Assembly (NCBI RefSeq): GCF_009914755.1
Contig: NC_060934.1
DNA from: the human T2T-CHM13v2.0 reference genome, Homo sapiens
Strand: one strand, 5' to 3'
Length of the DNA stretch: 64,000 nt
Position 1 is the first letter of the stretch, and each line of letters begins with the position of its first letter. Under the pieces are notes generated by a model. The model had not been told where the DNA came from. It saw only the letters and a program-made list of their open reading frames with translations, and searched no databases. Positions 29,530-43,213 of the stretch are shown in pieces. Position numbers and translations under genes: made by a program.

Positions 29530-29880
29530 AAAGATTATGGACTTTGAATCCATTTAGACCTAGTTTAGACCTAGGTACAAATTCTAGCTCTACTATCTTC
29601 TAACAGTGTGATGTCAAAAAGCTGATTCACCATTCTTAACATTCTATAAAATTTGGCAAATAATATCTAACTGAGATAAAGCCTGTAACATAGTCTGGCA
29701 TGCAAAAGCATTTACACAGGATAGCTATTAATATTACTACAAGTATTATTTGCATAGCATTTTTTTTCCTTTTCTAAGTCCTCACACATTAGCTATGTCA
29801 TTTTATCTTCACAACTACTCTGTAAAGTGGTATTGTCCCCATTCTGCATTTGAGGAAATGGAATCACAAAGAGGTTCACT
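29530..29880. mobile_element. Two MIR fragments, tail-to-tail (+ then -)
   Basis: 'ggactttgaatcc..agacctaggtacaaattctagctctact' then 'cttcacaactactctgtaaagtggtattgtccccattctgcatttgaggaaa'. Confidence 0.6.
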
Positions 29881-30093
29881 CACTACAATAGGTAACTATA
29901 AGTGGATACCTTCTATGTCTCTCTACACAAAAATTGTGGTAGAGAGAGAGAGAGATGAAGGTGAGAGTCCCTTGACTCCCCATAAGTATCAAATTTTGCA
30001 CAACTATTTTTCTCCCAATAAGAGTCAATCCTAAAATGTCTGCACTCACAACTTTAAAAATATTCCTTTTCTATGTTGCCAAAAATGGATGCA

Positions 30094-30130
30094 GTGTGTG
30101 TGTGTGTGTGTGCGTGCACACACATGTGCA
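30094..30130. repeat. (TG)n/(CA)n alternating purine-pyrimidine tract
   Basis: Direct read. Confidence 0.85.
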
Positions 30131-31948
30131 CAAAGGAATGCAGTGTCATGGAACTGCGATTAGTAATTAGTAGGGATTATTCATGGCATACTTTATAGAT
30201 TTTTAGTCAGTAATGTCAAGATGTTTTCCAAGAGAAAAAAAAAAGTCTTTTCATCAATATAATGGAGATTAAAAGCATAACAGAAATAAAATGCTGGTGA
30301 AATGTATTTTATACAAAGGCATAATAGCCAAAGTCAAGTGACAGAGCCAGGAATAGAACCTAATTCAAATGTTTTGACTTTATTTCACTTAAATGTTGCT
30401 TACAAGCTTAGAAAGTATATATTGTCTCGGGCCTTAATGCTTTTTAATTTTTTACTGTGTGTTCATATCTTGGATAGAAAAGGCACTCAGTCTGTTAACA
30501 AGGTCAAAATAACTCCTTCCTACTCTTAGGAAAATAATAAATAAATTTGAAATTCTTCAAGACTAAATGGTTAATAGCAGCCACACTTGTGAGTAGGAAG
30601 TCTGCCTTTAAATAATGATCACAACCATGGAAATCTTGAGACCTGTCTAGCTCCGGTAAAACTGCCTGCAGGTCACACTCTCACTGCATCACTACAATCC
30701 TGTTTTAATGCAGCAGGTAGCTTTATAGCTGTGAATTTTCTGAACATAAATTGAATTATGGAAAACTGACCTATGCACGTCACTTAGCTACCTTCCAGTC
30801 ATAACTCAGATCTAATCTTTCTTAGCTCCCCGCAGAAAATGTCTAAGACTGACCACAAATTCCAGAAATTACATGTGGGTTGGTCATGGGAATGTGGTTT
30901 TCATATACTGGGGGATTTAGAAAACAGGACTCCAAAAGCAGAGTCACCTGGGCCTGTGATGAATAACTACTCTGGTGTGGGCTGTTCTGCTCCAGTTCTT
31001 AGGAAGGAAGGTATCCTAGAAACAAGCAAAGAAATAGATAAATCCTGGGTGATCCCTATGCTTTTCCTCATTTATCTTCCTCTTGCTTTCTAAAAAAGGT
31101 TTATAACAATCATAAAAATAATACAATTACGTCCACAGTGAGGGGATTTTTTTCTCCACTGGCACCAACTCATAGGTCAAATGGGAGATTCATACTGACA
31201 AGAGTCCAGACTTCTCTACACAGCAGAATTGACAGTGACAGTCCATTTCTTAAAGAAAGCTGGTGTCTGTGCTTCCTGCTGTCAGTCCTTACCACAGAGC
31301 TCATCGACTCTGGCATCAAAGGTATCAGCACCATCTCATGCCAAACCTATACGAGGGAATCTAACTGCAAAGGGGCTTTGGAAATTGAAAAAGTTTGATT
31401 ACAAAAAACGTTCGAATCTGGAGATTAATAACCTTCAAAGTTCTGAAAACAAAAATGTGAGATCCATTTGTGTGTCTCTGTGTTGAAAAAGCAATTCCGC
31501 AGACATTTTCACTGACTTCAAGGTTACCTTTTTTAAAAATTATACTACTGCTTTCATGTTTCTGTTCTGCTCCTTGCCAATGTAGTTAAAAATTGTTCCA
31601 TTTTTGAAATCAGATAAATCTGCTAATTTGAGTGTGACTGTCCTCTTGTGGCTGCTTTCCTAGGTATATTTTATAGCTGACAGATGTACTGCAGCTCCTA
31701 TATAATTAATATCCTGGAGTTTCTATGTTTAAACAAAAATGCTTAAATCATATTATTTAACTGTTGATCAGAGATAAATTAAAATTTTCATGAATAAAAG
31801 ACATTTTTAAATGGGACATTGTCTCAGCATTTCTTTTATCCCACCAGATGTTCATTTTACCTGAGATTTGTTAAATGAATAAACCAATTAACAATTAATA
31901 AAATAATTAATTAATTCAGTTTATTTTTAGAGCAATTTTAGGTGCTCA

Positions 31949-32560
<612 letters not shown>

Positions 32561-34215
32561 TCACTGCCCTAAAAATCTTCTGTGCTCTACCTCCTCACCT
32601 CTCCCTCTTCACTATCCCCTGGCAACCACTAATCTTTTACTGTCCACATAGCTTTGTCTTTTCCAAATGTCATATTGTGGAATCAGATAGGATGTATCCT
32701 TTCAGATTGGCTTTTTTCACTTAGTAACTATGCATTTCAGTTTCTTCCATGTCTTTTCATGGCTTGGTAGCTCATTTTTTTGTGTTGAGTAATATTCCCA
32801 TTGTCTGGATATACCCCGGTTTATTTATTCATTCACCTACTGAAGGACATCTTGATTGCTTTCATGTTTTGGCAATTATGAATAAAGCTTCTATGAACAT
32901 CCATGTGGAGGTTCTAGTGTGGACATAAGTTTTCAAATCCCTTGGGTAAATATCAAGGAGTGTGATTGCTGGGTCTTATGGTAACAGTATGTTTAGTTTT
33001 GTAAGAAACTGCCAAACTGTCTTCCAAAGTGGCTGTACCACCAGCAATTGCATTCCCACCAGCAATGAATGACAATGCTTCTTGCTCGGCATCCTCACCA
33101 ACACTTGGTATTGCCAGTATCTTGGATTTTGGCCATTTTATTAGATGTGTAATAGTATCTTGTTGTTTTAGTTGGCAATTCCCCAATGATATATGATGTT
33201 GAACATCTTTTCATATGCTTATTGGACATCCGTATATCTTCTTTGGTTAGAGATTTGTTTAGGCCTTCAGTTCATTTTTCAGTTTGGTTGTTTTCTTATT
33301 GTTGAGTTTTAAGAGTACTTTGTACATTTTGGATGATAATAGTCTTTTATGGAATCTATGTATTTCAAATATATTATTCATGTGTGTGGCTTTGTTTTCT
33401 TATTCTCTTCATATTATCTTTTGCAGAACAGATTGTTTTTATTTTAATGAAATCCAGCATATCAATTGTTTCCTTCATTGATCATGACTTTGATGTTGTA
33501 TCTAAAAAGTTGTTGCCATTCTCAAAATCATCTAGATTTTCTCCTATGTTATCTTCTAAAAGTGTTATGGTTTTGCAGTTTACATTTAAGTCTATGACCC
33601 ATTTTGAGTTAATTTTTGAGCAGGGTGCTGGGGATGTGTAAAGATTCATTTTTCCACATTTGGATGTCCAGTTGTTTCAGCATCATTTCTGAAAAACTAT
33701 CTTTTCTCCATTGTAATGCTTTTGCTCCTTTGTCAAATGTTGGTTGACTGTCTTTATGTGGGTCTATTTCTATGCTCTCTATTCTATACTATTTATCTAT
33801 TTACCTTTTTTGTTCAAATACCATACTGGTTCAATCATTACAGCTTTACAATAAGGCCTGAAGGCAGGTAATGTCAGTCCTCCAATGTTGTACTTCTCTT
33901 TCAATATTGAGTTGGCTATTCTGTGTCTTTTACCTGTTTATATAAACTTTAGAAGTAATTTGTCAATGTCCACAAAATAACTTGCTAGGATTTGTATTGA
34001 GATTGCATTGAATCTATAAAGTTGTGAAGAAGTGACATGTTTGACAATACTGAGTTTTCCTGTCCACAAATATGGAGTATCTCCATTTATTTAGACTTTT
34101 AAAATATCTTTCATCAGAGGTTTGTAGTTTTCCTCAATTTAAATTTATACCTAAGTATTTCATTTTTGAGGGTGTTAAGGTGTAAATGATAATATGTTTT
34201 TAATTTAAAATTCCA

Positions 34216-34504
<289 letters not shown>

Positions 34505-36099
34505 TTTCCACTTGTCCACTTGTTTGTTGCTAGTATATAGGAAAGCAATTGACTTTTGTATATTAATCATATATTCTGCAACCTTTCTACAATCATTTAT
34601 TAGTTCCAGAAAGAGTTTTTTAGTCAATGCTTTGGATTTTTGACATAGACAATCATGTCATCTACAAACGAAGACAGTTTTATTTCTTTTTCCCAACCTA
34701 GGACTTTTTAGGTTTATATTTATTGTAATATTATTTGTACTACCTCATTGGATTGTCCCAATAAATGAATAGGTGTGCTGTCCATAGACATTGTCTTCAT
34801 CTTCCTAATGAGAGAATGATGGGCTAAGTTGCTCAGATTCACATGGTATTGAAATCAGTATTTGTTTCACTCTATGCTCTTTCCTACTACATTAGACTAT
34901 ACTGCCTTCCAAGGTTCTAACAAGTTTTGATTTTAAAAGCAGCATCACATTTCTTACTTAAATTAGTTTATACATCAAATCAGTTAATTTAATGGGCAAC
35001 TTTCCTAAAATTTCTTTTAAGTGTACTACACACAAAAAAGAAAAACCCATAAACTAACAAAATAAGTTAAAAAGCTTACAATGGATTTATGTAGTATAAA
35101 AATAGGTGGCAAATTTTTTGGCAATTAAAAATGTTTGAATGCTAAAAACTGCAAAACATTGATTTAAAAAATCAAAGGAGGCCTGAATAATTGGAGAGAT
35201 ATACCATGTTTGTGGATTGGAGAACTCAATACTGTTAAGATCTCAATCCTTTTTAAACTAATATAACGATTCAATATGATTTCTATCTTAATCTTAACAA
35301 TAGTTGTGTAGGTACTGATAGGCTTATACTAAAATTTACATGGAAAAGCTAAAGAAATAGAGTAGCCAAACCAATTTTCTTAAAGAAAAAGAAAGAGGAC
35401 TGACAACACCTGATTTCATAACTTACTATAAAGTTACAGTTTTAAAGACAATCTTGAATAAACGGTAGACACATAGATCAATGAAACAGAACACAGAGAC
35501 CAGAGACATACCCACACATATAGGCCAATAGATATTTCACAAAGGTACAAACATGATTTAATAGACAAATGATAATCTTTTCAGCAAATAACGCTGAAAC
35601 AATTAGACATCCATATGTAATAAATAAGTAAACTTTGACCCTTTATTTCACACCACTAATTAACTAATATACAATAATTAATGCAAACCCTAAAATTATC
35701 AGACTTCCAGAGAAACATAGAAGAAAGTCTTCATAATTCTGGATTAGGCAAAAGTTTCTTATCTAAGTCATAAAAGCATAATCCATATATAGTAAATTTA
35801 ATAAGTTTGATTTCATTGAAATTAAATGTTCTGCCATGGACAAGATACTCTGAAGAGATTAGAAAAACAAGCCATAGAAATAGAGAACATATTTATAAAT
35901 CCCATAAATAATAAAAAACTTGCATTCTAAATACATAAACAACTTTTAAACAATACAAAATAAGAAAATAGGGCTTGAAAATAAAATAAAAGATATCCAC
36001 TTCAGAAAGGAAGAAGTATAGCTATATTCTCAGATGACATGATCTTGTATATAGAAAATCCTAAGGAAGACACACACACACACGCACACACACACACAC

Positions 36100-36533
36100 T
36101 GTATGAACAAGAGTGACTCTATTTAAATGCTAATCTGCCATGTGACTCCTGACTAACCCTAAGTCTAGGAATGCCTCCAAGATGTCTAGCTGATGTATTA
36201 CTTTTTATATAGAAATACCTGTTCACTGTAAGTTTTCCCTTTCCTCCAAAACAACCCTTGATGGTGTTGCATACATCATAGGCTATGAGGCCCATAGCTA
36301 CCTACTCATTCCTTCTGGAGCACATATACTTTTTCCCCAATTCAAGCCTGGACTAAGGGGGTTGTGGTGCAGAGATCTACCTATCTTGCAGCTGTGTAAG
36401 ACATGCTTCCATTTGTAAGTTCTCCCAATAAATCACTATTTTCCTATAATCTAGATTTGTCTGCCTCACTCTTTGCTTTCTTCACTGTTAGCCTTTGGAG
36501 GATGCTTTGTATATACAGCCCTTTCATGGAACA
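36100..36533 (+). mobile_element. LTR47-like (ERVL) solo LTR inserted in a (CA)n tract
   Basis: TG...CA ends; 'atgctaatctgccatg', 'ggtgcagagatctacctatcttgcag', 'cccaataaatcac', 'gccctttcatggaaca'; flanks cacac / cacat. Confidence 0.8.
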
Positions 36534-36608
36534 CACATTCACACAGCAACAATTAGAGCTAAAAAGTTCAGCAAGGTTGCAAGATTCAAAATTAATATAC
36601 AAATAACA

Positions 36609-36928
36609 GGCCAGGCACGGTGACTCATACCTGTAATCCCAGCACTTTGGGAGGCTGAAGTGGGCAGGTCACCTGAGGTCAGGAGTTCAAAACCAGTCTG
36701 GCCAACATGGTGAAACCCTGTCTCTACGAAAAACACAAAATTAGCCAGGCGTGGTGGTGGGCACCCGTAATCCCAGCTACTCGGGAGGCTGAGGCAGGAG
36801 AATCGCTTGAACCTGGGAGGCAGAAGTTTCAGTGAGCCGAGATTGCACCATTGCACTCTAGCCTCGGCAAAAAGAATGAAACTCCATCTCAAAAAAAAAA
36901 GAAAATATATATATATATACACACACAC
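36609..36928 (+). mobile_element. AluS (Sq/Sx-like) with (TA)n(CA)n tail
   Basis: Full-length Alu; TSD acaaataaca. Confidence 0.95.
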
Positions 36929-39900
36929 ACAAATAACAAATTATATTTCAATACACTGCAATAAAAAAATCTGAAAATGAAATTAAGAAATAATTCCATT
37001 TACAATAGCATCAAATAGAATAAAATTTATTGATAATAAAATTTACTGAATAAATTTAATGAAATAAGTGCAGACTGAAAACTACAAAACATTGTTGAAA
37101 AAAATTAAAGGAGATCTAAATAAGTAGAAAGACAACTCGTGTTCATGGATCAGAAGACATAATATTGTTAAGATGGAAATACTCCCAAACTGATCTACAG
37201 ATTCAATGCAATCCCTATCAAGATTTCAGATTGTCATTGAATAAATTACAAGTTTATCCTAAGATTCATATAGAAATACAAGGGACCTATAAAAGCCAAA
37301 CAACCTTAATGGAAAGAAGAACGATACTGGAGGATTCATACTTTCTGGTTTTAAATCTTACTACAAAGATAAAGTAATCAAGATAGAGTGGTACTGGCAT
37401 AAAGGTTGACATATAGATCAGTGGAATAGAATTGAATCTTGAAATAAACCCTCACATTTATAGTTGATTTATTTATAGCAATGTAATTGAAAAATAATTG
37501 TCTTTTCAAGAAATGAGCTGGAATAAATGGGAATCTACATGCAAAAGAATGAAATTGGACTCTTACCTAACACCATGTACAAAAAATAACTGAAAATAGA
37601 TCAAACACCTAAGTGTGAGAGCTAAAAGTATAAAACTCATGGAAGAAAATATAAAAATAAATCTTTATGAACTTGGATTAGGCAATGACTTCTTATAAAT
37701 GAAACCAAATGCACAAATGACAAAAGAAAAAAATAGATAAGCTGCATTTAATCAAAATGTAAAACCTTCATGCTTCAGAGAATACCATCAAAAAAGGGAA
37801 AAGAGAACCCACAGCATGGAAGAAAAATTTTGCGAATCATATATCTGATAAGGGGGTTACATCAAGAATTCATAAAAATGGGCAAAGGATCCAAATAGAT
37901 ATTTCTATTAAAAAGGTATACAGATGAACAATAAGCACATGACAAGCTATTCAACATCATTAGCCAACAGGAAAATATAGAGAAAAGCCACTTCACCCCC
38001 ACGATGATGGCTATAATCAAAGGCAAATAGTAACAACTGTTGGCATGTAGAGAATTGAAGCCTTCATACACTGCAGATGAGAATGTAAAATGGTAGAGCC
38101 TGGCACCACTGAAAAACAGCTTAATGGTTTCTCTAACTGTTAAACATAGAGTTATCATATGACCGAAACCCAGAAATGCCACTCCTACATATATACCCAA
38201 GAGAAATGAAACAGTATATCTACACACAAACTTGCATATACATGTTCATCAGAATTATTCATAACACCCAAAAAAGCAGAAATGACCCAGATGTTCACCA
38301 ACATATGAACAGAGAATGAAATGCAGTACACAACAGTATACATCAGAACTGGGCATAAGCCGGAATGAAGTACTGATGCATGCTACACATAGGTGAACCT
38401 TGAAAACATTATGCCAAGTGAAAAACAAGTCATAAAGACCACATATTGTATGGTTCCTTTATATTTAATGTCCAGAATAAGAAAATGTGTAGAGATAGAA
38501 AGTAGGGCTTGAAAGTAGATTAATAGTTTGATAGATTAATAGTAGATTAATAGTTACCTAGTTTCAGGGAGATAGAAAAAATGTTTTAAAATTGATTGTA
38601 GTGATAGTTGCACAACTCTGTGGAATATTGGAAACAATCGAAATGAGTGAATTGTATAAAACATGACTTATATCTCGATAATAGATATCTCAAAAAAGAT
38701 CATTGATATCATTTGTAATTAGGGAAATGCAAGTTGAAGCATTATGAGATAATATTACATACATATTAAAAATGGAAAACAGAACACACACAAAAATTAT
38801 CAATACGAAATATTGGCAAGGGTGTGGAGCAACTGGAATTCTTATACATTGTTAGTGGGAATGCATGTGCCATATGACTCAGTAAATCCGCTTCTGGGTG
38901 TCTACAAGAGAAACAAATATTTATTTACAGATAGAAATCTATACTCATTCCTCAGTCTAAACGTTGCCAGTCCTTCTGTCTCTAAACTTTCCCTCTATTC
39001 TCATCTCCTTTTCCTAATTCAACTTTTAACCCCCAAATTCTCTTTAGTTCATAGTTTAGAAGCCCACTTCTCAAAATTGGAATGTTTAATCCTAAACTAA
39101 TTCAATCTGCATATAAGTTCCCATAAGACCCAGTAATTACAACCATACACAATTGCCATTTACTTTTATTTAGCTCCTCCTAAATGCTAGGATTCAAAGA
39201 GGTAGAGTATATTTCTTCTGATTGTGATTGAATCTCTAGCACCAGCAGTGCTTCTGTTTTATTTTTAAATTTATTTGAAGAACATTTGCCCTTTTGCAAG
39301 CATAATGCAAACTTTAAACATCATATTGCTAGCTAAGAAAAATTTAAAGCAACATAGATAATTCTCCTTTGACACAATGATCTGACTAGACCAATAGCTG
39401 GAATAAAATAATGAGAGGAAGACATTAGAGTGAAAAAAGAGGAGGACAGGAAGAGAGATCATTTGCAGTACACAGTCACTAGGCTGATTCAAAGCACCAA
39501 AGTGAAACTCTCTAAGGATGTTTCACTTTTATATTGGAACGCCATATATAATTTCATAAAAATGTCAAAGTGATTTTGAAAACTCAAATCTCTTCAAGTT
39601 GCTTATACTTAAGACAAAGCGATCAACGCAATTCAGAGTAAATTTGACTTTGTTTTTTAGTGATGGGAGCATTTCTTAAAAAGCATCAAATCTAACATTT
39701 CTATCTTGCAGAAATCACCAAGCCTAGTTAATTTTCTCATGAAAGGGACTTTCTGGGTATACACAGCTACAGATTTAACTAGGTCTAACATACACATGAA
39801 TAATCCTTTGCAAGGTCCCCCTTCCTCTCTCCTGACCCCTACCCTAACATTGCTTGCAAGCAGCAGAGGAGATAAGGGGAAACAGCTGATCTCCTCTGTG

Positions 39901-40121
39901 TTTCTCTAATCCACTTCAATTCACCTCCTAATTCAAGATAAATCACTACAGGAAAGAAAGCTGGGAGGAACCCACTTCCCTAAATCAAGTTCCCTTCCTG
40001 TATTTTACTAGATAGTTGCAATACCTGATTCTCACCAAAATAACGTCCTCTAGATCTTATAGACATCTTTAACAAAAATCCACCTTGTTGAGCCTTGTCT
40101 TTTCAAAACTTGACCCTAGAG

Positions 40122-40468
40122 CAGAAATTGCAAAACTAGTGATTCTTGGCATTATGTATTGTCATAAGTGATGGGATTGTGTTTTTGCTTTAATTTTGCT
40201 TTAAATTGATTCAGCTCTCTACATTTCAAAACAAACAGGCTTTTACATTGAAATCCATATTTCTTAGTTCTTTTGAGAAATGTGAATGTCTGTCAACACT
40301 AGGCCTGCATTCATGCACAGCAATAATTGACTGGGGACGAGTAGAGGCCAACCCCTTTAGACTGAGTGTATACTCATTATTTCAGCACAGCCTCATGCTC
40401 CTGAGCCCTTTCTTTCACTCATTACTTCTTGGTAACCTACTGTAAGCATTTGAATTTTCTGTCTCCAC
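40122..40468. mobile_element. MER102-like hAT-Charlie element
   Basis: 'cttttgagaaatgtgaatgtctgtcaacactaggcctgcattc...cccctttagac...gcatttgaattt'. Confidence 0.7.
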
Positions 40469-41039
40469 CTTAGGGCTGAGAGGGGGCTGAGTGATAGGGA
40501 GTGGCAACTCTAAATGCATTTTAGATTAGGAAGAATATTCATAACAAAATGCCCTTCGAGTCTATACTTCTATTAGGAACTCAATAGCCTATTGAGGATT
40601 AAGTAAGGAAGCTAACTAGTATACATAGCACTGGTTAAAAGACAAAATGGTTCCAATCAACTTACAAATGGACTACTTGTACTTTCTCATTAGAAGAAGA
40701 TGACTGATTTTCTTAGGTCTTGTGTCCTGGGCTAATCGCTAAGCAATAGCTAAGCAGTTACTTAAGACTTAGAAAGAATGACTGCATGCAGATTTTACAG
40801 GCAGAAGTGTGGGCTTCCCAGCTCTCTGCTTCTCTAATTAAGGAAGGTGGAATAAGAAGAAATCTAATCAACTCAGAATTTTTGCAGCCTGATGTACTCA
40901 ATAGCAGGTCTCTTGTCCAAAAGCGTTCAGAAAGGTTTCTCCTCTCTTCATTTAAATAATTAAACATATAAAACTTGGGCTCACTTTCTACTTTTAAATT
41001 TATTATGCTACCTTTATCCCTTTAATCTCTGGCATTGAT

Positions 41040-41230
41040 AGAACTGAGCTGATATCTACTTTTCCATATATTAGCTGTGTGATCTTAAGTGAGTTGCTTA
41101 ATTTCTCTCAGCTAGGGTTTCCTTATCAGCAAAATGGTAATAATAGTATTTATCTCCATCATTGTGAGCATTGATATAATGAGGTAATGAGTGTAAAGTA
41201 TTTTGCATGATTTTGGCACAGATTACTAAA
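41040..41230 (+). mobile_element. MIR
   Basis: 'tagctgtgtgatcttaagtgagttgcttaatttctctcagctagggtttccttatcagcaaaatggtaataatagta'. Confidence 0.75.
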
Positions 41231-41880
41231 TATTTTATTTTCCTTTATTTTCTTCCCTTTTCTTTTCTTTTTATTATTTTTAAAGTTATTTTCATCCTAT
41301 AAAAGCCATAAAATAACCACTCCTGCAGTATGTCTGGTTAACTAGCCTCTTCCATTCACCATCAAATTACCTACATGTATGAAACAAATAAAAGAACTCT
41401 CCCCTTTGGTTTTTAGAACTTTCAATGCCAGGAATGGAGAAAATTATTTTAATCTCACATCTTCCATTTATAGATAATGAAACTGAATTCCAAAATTTAG
41501 TGATTTGTTAAAAGCACTTCAGCATGGGAGTAGAACTCATTCATTTTAAAACACAAAAGACAAAAATGGAATGAGGCTTTAACCAGCAGGGTTCAGTATA
41601 TATAAGCCCTAAAGAGCACGTCGTAGGGACTCATTATGCTTGTGTTTAATTGAGTGGAATAGTGAATTGATTAAAAAGAACAGATCATCCCCAAAGTGCA
41701 TGATCAGGCTGATGATTAAAACAAAGTTTGGTTTCAAGACTGGGATTATTCTTCAGCTAGTTGTCAGTTAGCATGTTTGCTTGTTACCTCTTGACCAAAT
41801 ACCATGTTGGAGGTCAATCTGGGGAAGTTTTCAAGTTCAGAGAAGTTTCACCCACCAATTAATTGTATATCAAAACTTTG

Positions 41881-42192
41881 GGCCGGGCATGGTGGCTCAC
41901 GCCTGTAATCTCAGCACTTTGGGAAGTTGAGGCAGGCAGATCACCTGAAGTCAGGAGTTTGAGACCAGCCTGGCCAACATAGTGAAACCTCATCTCTACT
42001 AAAAATACAAAAATTAGCCATGCGTGGTGGCAGGCACCTGTAATCCCAGCTACTTGGGAGACTGAGGCAGGAGAATCTCTTGAATCCAGGAGGCAGAGGT
42101 TGCCGTGAGCCTAGATCACGTCACTGCACTCCAGCCTGGGTGACAGAGGGTGAGACTTGTCTCAAACAAACAAACAAACAAACGACAACAAA
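41881..42192 (+). mobile_element. AluSx-like with (CAAA)n tail
   Basis: Full-length Alu; TSD aactttggg. Confidence 0.95.
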
Positions 42193-42902
42193 AGAACTTT
42201 GGGTACATAATTTTAGCAGAGAATTTTGCACATGACAACTTTTGACCTGTTAATGTTGCTGAAAAACAATTCTATCTGAAATTGAAAGTTGGATACAAGG
42301 GTCCAACAACATATACATTTGAAAATTACCTTATGAAGTGAAATTTTCAAAAGGAAAATGTCACCGCTTGTCAGAGCTATCTGAAGATTCAGGTGATCTC
42401 TTTTCAGGCAAGATTTTTGAAAAAAACATTTAGAGAAGAAAGGGAAGACAAATGTTTCCTGAACGATGATGTCCACACTGTGTGGCATTTGGTACTTTAA
42501 TGTGTTCGTATTCATTGGATCCTACTTGCTTCAGGTTGCAGTGGAACACTTCTTTTACAAGGCAGATATAAGAGATATCAAGTGTTTTTCCTAAGAACAC
42601 CTAGCCAGGATTCAAACCCAAGTCTGTCTCCATATTTCATACTTTACTCAATAAATCACGTTGTTGTCCACATTTCAAGATTTTCTATGGGGTTAATAGA
42701 TGTTCGTTTATTCAATAATTCATTCAACATTTATTGAACACTGCACTTACTAAATGTCAGACTAAGAAACAAAAACAAAGGTTCTAGACAGTATGTCCAG
42801 GGTCCAGCACAGTATATGGTCACAATAGGCTTTAAAGACATATGTATTAAATTAATGAATAAAGACACTTCTGCTCTCAACTTGCTCATTATCTACCTAG
42901 AA

Positions 42903-43213
42903 CTGCACTGTCTGATATCTGGCCACCAGCCATGTGGCTATTGAGCACTTAAAATGTGGCCAGGGTAGATTAAGATGGGCTTCAAATATAAAATACATCC
43001 CAAATTTTAAGTCTTAGCATAAAAAGAAATATAAAATATCTCATTAATGGCTTTTATATTGATTATATTGAAATTATAGTGTTTGGGGTATATTGAATTA
43101 AATGAAACATATTAAAACCAGTTTACCTGTTTAGTTTTTTACTCTTTTTAGTGTGGATCCTAGAAAATTTAAAACTATACATGTAATTTCTTTCAATTCC
43201 TATTGGCCAGCCT
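42903..43213. mobile_element. MER33-like hAT-Charlie MITE
   Basis: 'ccatgtggctattgagcacttaaaatgtggc...ctagaaaatttaaaactatacatgt...ctattggccagc'. Confidence 0.8.

Larger units (their letters stand above)
36005..38685 (+). mobile_element. L1MB-like ORF2 and 3' UTR nested within the older L1
   Basis: 'cagatgacatgatcttgtatatagaaaatcctaagga' (RT motif A-D-D-M region) through 3' end 'aaaattgattgtagtgatagttgcacaactctgtg'. Confidence 0.8.
35120..38930 (+). mobile_element. Old L1M (L1ME-like) ORF2 remnant (~35120-36000 and ~38690-38930) split by a second L1
   Basis: 'ggagagatataccatgtttgtggattggagaactcaatactgttaagat' ... resumes 'gtaattagggaaatgcaa...ggcaagggtgtggagcaactggaa'. Confidence 0.7.

Noticed and set aside
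31138-31486. Overlapping 85-86 aa ORFs in unique DNA
   Set aside because: No protein similarity recognised, non-ATG starts and no clear exon boundaries.
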